Shown piece after piece: positions 57,042 to 64,000 of a stretch of DNA of 64,000 bases. This DNA is from an uncultured delta proteobacterium (GTDB lineage: Bacteria > Desulfobacterota > WTBG01 > CAIYCZ01), in contig CAWDOY010000045.1 in NCBI GenBank assembly GCA_963803975.1, forward strand, positions 50,684 to 114,683, read 5' to 3'. The translations under genes and the position numbers were made by a program. Position 1 is the stretch's first letter; each line of letters opens with the position of its first letter. The notes under the pieces were generated by a model. The model did not search any database, had not been told where the DNA came from, and worked only from the letters and a program-made list of their open reading frames with translations.

Positions 57042-57722
57042 ATGAAAAAAGTGGTAGTACTTTTTCTGGCAATTCTAATGGTTTCTTTACTGGCGAGCAG
57101 TGCCTTCTCTGGTGACGTTTCAATCACCGTCATAAAAAAAGGTGCCAAACCCAGCGGGTGCTTGTTAAAACAGCCGGCAATTAACATTTTTCCAAAAACC
57201 AGTGTTTCACCGAGCCAGACTTATTCCACGGTTTATATCTGTTCAGAAGCCAGCTGTGGCGACATCGAAGCTGAATTTGGTGGAGTATTGCATGATTCAT
57301 ATCTGGGTTGTGACAATAATTTGTCCTATGATAATGTCTCGCCCAATTCCTATTCCTTCTACGCCCAAAGCACAAATTGCAACACCAACTGGGAATATGA
57401 ATTACTTGTAGAGGAAGGGTATGATTATATTATCTGGCTTTGTCCTCCGGAAGGAGTCGTCTGTTGCAATCAGGGGTGTGCCGAAGATGGGAGTTTCAAT
57501 TGCGATGCGTGCAGTGGCGGATGTTATGCCGCCTATGTAACCAAAGATAGAACGGTGCTGGCCAATCTACGCCAATTCCGCAACTATATGGCTAAAAATA
57601 TTATTGGCCAAAAAGTTGTCACGGAGTATTACAAATTATCGCCAACGGCAATCAAGGTGGCCAAGAAATTTCCCTTCATAAAGGAGATGTCAAAAAAATT
57701 CCTTGGAGAAATTGCAAAATAA
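57042..57722 (+). CDS. Secreted Cys-rich protein with CFI-box-CTERM-like tail
   Basis: Signal peptide; GGCYAAYV...LRQFRNYM...GQKVVTEYYKLSP. Confidence 0.8.
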   Translation: MKKVVVLFLAILMVSLLASSAFSGDVSITVIKKGAKPSGCLLKQPAINIFPKTSVSPSQTYSTVYICSEASCGDIEAEFGGVLHDSYLGCDNNLSYDNVSPNSYSFYAQSTNCNTNWEYELLVEEGYDYIIWLCPPEGVVCCNQGCAEDGSFNCDACSGGCYAAYVTKDRTVLANLRQFRNYMAKNIIGQKVVTEYYKLSPTAIKVAKKFPFIKEMSKKFLGEIAK

Positions 57723-57734
57723 TATTTGGCAGCA

Positions 57735-57929
57735 ATGTTTTTTATGTGTCAGCTGGCAGGGTTCAGTAAGGTTGAAACAGATGCCTTAACCAGAAAGATA
57801 TTTAACTGTTATAAGTCTGCATTAAAAGTTGCAGCACGAACTGGTGCTAAATCCATAAAGATAAAAACAGGCAAATAGTTTTGTCCATGCGGCAGCGGGT
57901 TAAAATATAAGCGTTGCTGTGGGAAGAAT
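57735..57929 (+). pseudogene. Remnant with a SEC-C zinc-binding motif
   Basis: KTGK*FCPCGSGLKYKRCCGK, with an in-frame TAG at 57876. Confidence 0.6.
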
Positions 57930-57965
57930 ATTTACCTCAGACAGTGCAACAAATTTGCTATTGAC

Positions 57966-58066
57966 TTCGTAATGAAATGTAGAATTGTTTAAGCAGTGAG
58001 AATTGTTGCGCTCATAAACAGTAAGCATGAATTTTTACCATTAAGATGACACCACCACATATAGAT
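57966..58066 (+). repeat. Island intergenic element copy F (degenerate)
   Basis: tttaagc...gct...taagc.t.a.ttttta...caccac.a.at.tagat is collinear with copy C. Confidence 0.6.
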
Positions 58067-58068
58067 GC

Positions 58069-58102
58069 AAAAAGGCGGAGCCATTGTTAACTCCGCCCTT
58101 TT
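58069..58102. terminator. Bidirectional intrinsic terminator
   Basis: aaaaggcggag...ctccgccctttt. Confidence 0.7.
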
Positions 58103-58129
58103 GAGTATATTTAAAAACACAAATTTAAC

Positions 58130-61100
58130 TTAACACTGATTTTCACACTGTGGTTGATTGCATCCTCCGCAGCCTGGATCTTGGTCACACACATCTCCAA
58201 TTCCGTTATGGTTTGAATCAAGTTGCTGCGAATTACAGTTGGTCAGGCAATTGTCACACACATCCCCCTTACCATCATTATCGGTATCTCTCTGGTCTTT
58301 AATACACAGACCATTAGAAGAACACCCGTTTGCACAATCTGCATCACTGGTACAGTTTATACCAGGCTTATCTGAAGTTGAGGAGCAGGTGCCGAGGTTT
58401 GGGCCGTTGGGTTTATTGGGGCAGTTATCTTCCGTATCACGAGTGCCATCGTCATCCATGTCAGAATCGCATCCCGAACTGATAAAAGTGGCTGTCATTA
58501 AGTTTGACATTCCAGTATCTGTATTATTAATAAACACTATCCTTTTTCCATCTGCACTTATTTTAGGGTAGGAATTGAAATCATTTCCTGAATTTGTAAT
58601 CTGAATTATGCCAGATCCTTCCGAATATAGAAAAACCTCTTCGTTTCTATTTGGGTTTGATCCGACTAAATCAGCACTGGAAGTAAATACTATTTTGTCC
58701 CCATTTGCACTTATGGAAGGGACATCATTAAGCACAACTCCCGAATTTGTAATCTGTGTTATACCCACTCCTGCTGTAAAAAGGAATATTTCATCATTTG
58801 ATATAAATGCTATTTTCCTCCCATCTGCACTTATTACAGGGTCATGACTAGAAGCCGTAGAATTTGTAATCTGTGTTATCCCTACTCCTTCTGTAAAAAG
58901 GAATATTTCACAACTTTCATCTGGATTTAAGCCCACTAAATCAGCACATGAGGTAAATGCTATTTTCCCTCCATCTGAATTCACAGAAGGCTGAAAACTT
59001 GAAGCCATAGAATTTGTAATCTGTGTTATCCCTACTCCTTCCAGATACATAAAAATCTCTTCACTACCATCAGAATTTGTTCCTGCTAAATCGCCGTATG
59101 ATTTAAAAACAGTTTTACTCCCATCGGCATTTATTGAAATGTCATCAAACCATGTATTTTCTAGATAATTTGTAATCTGGATAATACCTGTTTCATCAGA
59201 ATATAAAAAGAGTTCTTGATTTCCATCCGGATTTGAGCCCACTAAATCAGCACTGGAAGTAAATGCTATTTTATTACCATCTCCACTTATAGAAGAGAGG
59301 ATATAATTATTTGAATTTGCAATAAGGTTTATTCCAAGCATTTCTGAGTACAGCAACAAATCTGTGCCTGATACAAAAGCTATTTTGCTTCCATTGACAC
59401 TTATCGATGGTGCATCAAGATATCCATCATAAATACTTGTAATAGGGGTTATCAATACATTGGCGTTTTTAACATTTTGCAAGAAAGATTTAGTAGTTGA
59501 TTTCCCTTCACTGCAAGTAATCTCGACTCGTATTTTAATATATATATCGCTAGTAACACACGGAGCAGTCCATACAGGATTTTGTTTGTTGGGTTCATCA
59601 AAACTTCCTGCATCAGCAGACCAAACATAAGTAATATTGTGACTAAAACAATCATATACCTCTATGTTACATTGAACTGTTTGTCCCTTTGCAGCAGGGT
59701 TTGGAGTACCTGAGGGGCCAGATATAATTACTAGTTCAGACAATTCATCTGCCCCAATATCATACCCATTAAATAATGGCCGCGTATCCCCATCAAAATC
59801 ATCTAATGGAGCATCCAGATTTGTTCCAGTATCAATACATGGTGAATTTGGGCTAAGATGATAGTTGCCTGCGATAGGATTAACAAACATAGGGTCTGCA
59901 GATATATTGCCTTCTCCTTCCCATCCATTCATCACACAACTATAAGTTACTTGAGTTCTTTCACCATTGATTTCCTCTGGCAAATTATTCCATAGAATAC
60001 TATTTTTGATAATTGGCATTACTTCATCGTTAAACTCTCCAATATATATGCCATAACCGGCACCCGGCCCCTCTGTTTTATTATCTGCTATTGTGCTGCT
60101 TATTATTTTAGCATTGTACCCACAACGTATTCCAGACACACCGGAACCACCATTAATTTTATTATTAATAATGAATGAGTTTGTAACTGTTAAGGAAGAA
60201 GAGTAAACACCTCCACCATCTGCCCCTTCCCCTGGCCCAGCCGAATTATTAGATATTATGCATCTCTTAATGGTCGGATTAGATCCAGAGTCAGAATAGA
60301 TTCCCCCACCATTAAATGCTGCACTATTCTGAGTTATTACACAGTTCGCTATTGTAGGAGAAGAAGAAACTGCAATAGATTCCCCCCCCGTAGCTAGAAC
60401 TATTACCTTTTATTATACAGTTAGTAATTAAAGCATTACGACAATCAGCAATACGCATTCCCCCTCCAGCATCATATTGTTCATTCCAATGATAACCTCC
60501 TGTTATAATGCAGTTCGATATTTTAAAATTACCATGCATTTCACCGCTGCTAACATGAACTGCTCTTTCACCCGATCCATTTATTATGAACCCATCAACC
60601 ATATTAACAGTTGCATATAGAGTTCCAATAATTGTAGTCTTATAATCATCCGGAACTTCTATGCCATAGTTACTAAACGCCCATCTTTCCCATTTTGTAT
60701 TATAGCCACCTTTTAATAACAAGCCTTCAGGTAATTGAACACCATAATAGGATCCCATACTCACAAGTAATGTTGCATCATTAGCCCACCCAAATTGATT
60801 CACTGCGTGCTGGATACTCTGCCATGGATTAAGTTTACTCCCATCACCAGTTTCATCATTCCCTGAAAATTGACTTACATAATAAATATCTCCACTCACA
60901 TTAATCTGCACTGAAGCATTTATTGAAAGCCCTTCAGTACAGCTGACCGTAACATTAATAGTATAATTACCATTTTCCTCAGGAGCTATCCAAACAGGGT
61001 TCTTTTCAGTAGTATCATCAAAGCTTCCACCATTTGCAGACCATAAATAATTTAACTTATGTCCGAATAAATCAACCGCATTAAGCGTTAATTGAATTTC

Positions 61101-63527
61101 CTCAGTTGGCTTGACACTCTCAGGTGTAGAGGATGGCCCTGAAGTAATTATTATCCTGTCTTCATTAGGATATACAGTTATGCATTCACAATTACTCCAA
61201 TCTGTTTCGCCGCCATCTCCAAAGTTACTACTAGGATAAACTGCTTTAAGGCGATAACAGTGCGTACCATATTCTTTATTATAATAATTGACATAGGTAT
61301 CAGTCCCATAATAAACAATTGAAGGATTACTAAAAGAGACATCAGTATCTTCTTCAAGCACATAAGCTGATGCCCATTCTAACCCAATCCAACTTACCTC
61401 ATAATTACCAGTTATATTGAAAACCCCAAGTTTATTGAGATGTGGGGCAGTATATGTTTTAAAATTTACAGTAAAAGCATATGGGTTGTGATAACACTCA
61501 TCATTAGAGGTGTCCCGTAATCTTATTAGATAAGTTCCTGGGTCTGCAGTGCCATTAAAAATATCCCCCGTATAATTATTTCCAAAACCGAAAAATTCTC
61601 CCGAACCATTCTGATACTCTATGTAGGATGAATTAACCACGCCTGAATTTTCAATATGTGCTCGCATCAATCCTTTTTGGGGAATATTAATACTATACCA
61701 GTCTATGTCACTCGTGGTACCTACTTTATTGCACGGATAAAGGGTTGCCATTATCGATGAATTTAAAGAAATCACGGCTGCTGTTTCTTCGGTATCATTG
61801 TTTTCGTATGCATCCTGATTATTAACTACATATACTTGAATAGGTATATTTATATATTGGGTTCCATAAAAAATTCTTACATTCCCATAATGATATTGCC
61901 CAGCTATAAGACCATTGGTTCTTATACCCATACTTAGGGCACCATAATGTCGAGGTAGCAGAGAACCGCTACTGTTTTCTGCAAATTCTATCCATGAGGA
62001 ACCCTGGGTTATTGTTGCAGACCAATTAAGACTTACTGGGCTGTTATTGTACAATTCAACATCCTCAACTCTCCAGGCATTCTGATAAAGGTTACCAAAA
62101 TTAAGTTCTTGAGGAGCAATACTTAAATCGTAAAGTATGCAGTTTAAATCATTGAAACAATCAAGATCATTACAATCTATCAATCCGTCTCTATCGTTAT
62201 CTATTCCATCAGAACAGTTCTCTGGTAATATACAAGAAGCATCATTGTAACAATCAGGATCATTACAATCTGCTAATTGATCTCCATCATTATCTATGCC
62301 ATCAGTACAATTCTCAATACTCGGAGTTACCGTTATTGTTAGGGAATGCTCATCTGTTTCGGGTTCACGCGCTGTATTTAAAGCATTTGATGCTTCATAG
62401 TGATATTGATAATTTCCTGGCTGTAAAGTGACAGAAACAAAATAAACTTTACCGTCTGCATAGTTATTATCATTTGATACAGCTTCATCCATAGTGAAAG
62501 TTCCACCTGGATTAAGCACCAATCGTATGTAACTCGGAGGTTTTTGTGTGGTATCAGTATAATTGATATAAAAGTTCACGCTTTGTTGATTTATCGAGAT
62601 CTGCGACGAAGACAGTTGAGGGGAATGAGTAGTGTTCCAGAATAATTTATAAAGCCCCGCTGTATATTGATATGCCAAAGGCATTAATTTATTAGCCATT
62701 AAGGATAGTTCTTCATTATTTAATGGAACATCTACTGTTGGCCATCCATCAAACCAAGTTGCCTCTGCATTTATAGTATTGCCTTCAACATCTGAATATA
62801 AGTTAGAACCACTTGGACTTGGGAAATATTGTGTTCGCTGGGCTAAATTATAAAATAAATTTTCTATGTTATTAAAAAACACAGGTTCTCCATTAGCCGA
62901 AAATAAAGAATAGTTTGAATTAATATAATCCTCGTAAGGATCACCGCCTGGATGAGGAAGCAAATGAACATGGGCTGGTACACTCATATCCTGTAAAAGA
63001 TGGGCTATTCTTCCCAAATAATAATAAGCCTTCCCTTTATCTACTGATAATCCATTTAGACCGAGATAATAAGGCAGTACGAATTGATTCCAATAATACA
63101 ATGCATCATGCAATGCTGAAGGGTATGGCTCACCAAGGAGTGGGTCAAAACCAGATGAAAGCAAATCAGGGTTATCACAATCCCAGAAATGACTGTAAAA
63201 TATTGTTAAGCCACCCTCATCCCAAACATGTCTATCAGCTATTGGATCATATTCATCTTCTTCACGTTCGCCTTCATATATATCATCACCAGTTGTAGAT
63301 TTTATAAAATAGTCTGTATTATCTGGTTCTATATGAAGATAATTGTTGATCTCGTGAGTACCAGGACCAGGCCAAAGAAGATGCGCCATAAGTCCTATGT
63401 GTGCGTGAGCATCTCCACCATACGCAGATGCTTTGTCAACACATAATGAAAAAGGATTAATAAAAAATATTAATAAAAAAACTGAAAATATTAATAAAGC
63501 CTTTATTTGAATTTTTCTTTCTCTCAT
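58130..63527 (-). CDS. Giant (~1800 aa) secreted modular protein: Zn-dependent phospholipase C/P1 nuclease-like domain, Cys/Asp Ca-binding repeats, Ig/FN3/PKD-like domains, beta-helix, TolB-like propeller, TSP3-like tail (one frameshift near 60368)
   Basis: [28 protein letters not shown]; two ENCxDGIDND repeats; GGGIY beta-helix repeats; SPCIDTG; ISADGxKIAF repeats; DNCPNKPN. The two ORFs join by a 1-base shift. Confidence 0.8.
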
Positions 63528-63554
63528 TGTCAAAATCCTTTGTTTAATATTTGC

Positions 63555-63668
63555 AAACACAAAAAACCGCCAACAGGTATTGACCAACCTGAAGGCGGTT
63601 ATATATTCTTGTTAACCCTTAACACCTGAAATCACTATCCCCCTCCCCGGAAATAGTTTATGTGCTAA
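63555..63668 (-). promoter_or_regulatory. Leader hairpin plus intrinsic terminator (attenuator/riboswitch-like) upstream of the giant gene
   Basis: Minus strand: ttagcac..actattt-ccggggaggg-ggatagt..gtgttaa, then taacaaga, then aaccgccttcagg...cctgttggcggtttttt. Confidence 0.55.
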
Positions 63669-63824
63669 TGCTCTAAGTTTCTTAATTATTGATTTGTACC
63701 AGCATTATATCCAATCAGATATGAAACACAAGCATTATTACAGGCGAGAATTTTAAGCATTTCTAACTATTTTAAACAATTTATCATTTGAGCGGTTTAA
63801 AAGTGGGCAGATGAAGGGATAAAA

Positions 63825-63932
63825 ATCAATATCTTGTGGTGGGCATTTACAGTTGAAAAGTGAAGCTTATGTATCAACAGCGCGAGTAATTTAGCAGCTC
63901 AAATTCATTGATGACTTTATTTGGAAAGCATT
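63825..63932 (-). repeat. Island intergenic element copy E (inverted)
   Basis: Reverse complement: aatgctttccaaataaagtcatcaatgaatttgagctgctaaattactcgcgctgttgatacataagcttcacttttc...atgcccaccacaagatattga. Confidence 0.88.
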
Positions 63933-64000
63933 AGTGGTAGTTCAAAAAAATCATAGCAATCTGCATGAATATTGTAACCTTAAGCCACCAAAATATATTG

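Noticed and set aside
57876..57878. TAG before the SEC-C motif as pyrrolysine or readthrough
   Set aside because: No pyl genes in view; a decayed gene fragment is simpler.
58560..59400. Repeated DNA blocks as a DGR template/variable repeat pair
   Set aside because: They are in-frame beta-propeller blades, differences are not adenine-specific, and no reverse transcriptase is present.
46161..63932. Island repeats as a CRISPR array or classical integron attC sites
   Set aside because: Spacing is kilobases and irregular, no cas or intI gene is present, and there are no R-box ends or consistently conserved hairpin.

Overview
Bacterial chromosomal window, most likely from a deltaproteobacterial (Desulfobacterota-like) anaerobe; this is inferred from gene content and repeat types. 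Positions 1-46056 are mostly core genes: batAB, aroF, queA-tgt-yajC-secD-secF-moeA-aspS-mdh, mltD with a c-di-AMP riboswitch, fmt, mtnP-apt-hldE-yicC-gmk-pyrF-rlmB, an Aas-like fusion, selB and ribF. A few accessory inserts sit among them, notably a methyltransferase + beta-RFAP-synthase-like GHMP enzyme + TrpF-like triplet and a 26-aa Lys/Ala peptide gene. After tRNA-Leu(CAG) at 45970-46056 a visibly AT-richer island runs to the window end. Its most striking feature is an unannotated ~100-110 bp non-coding element present in about 7 copies (6 direct, 1 inverted; 2 are degenerate). The copies lie between gene modules (multi-PAS kinase; aqpZ-DUF4197-OmpA; lipocalin; OmpA paralog; HTH plus secreted protein; a ~1800-aa secreted protein) and show reassorted left and right halves, suggesting a cassette array built by site-specific recombination. 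No recombinase gene is visible in the window. Two island genes share a riboswitch-like hairpin-plus-terminator leader. Many genes, including housekeeping ones, carry single-base frameshifts, most simply explained by assembly indel errors, so pseudogene calls are unreliable.
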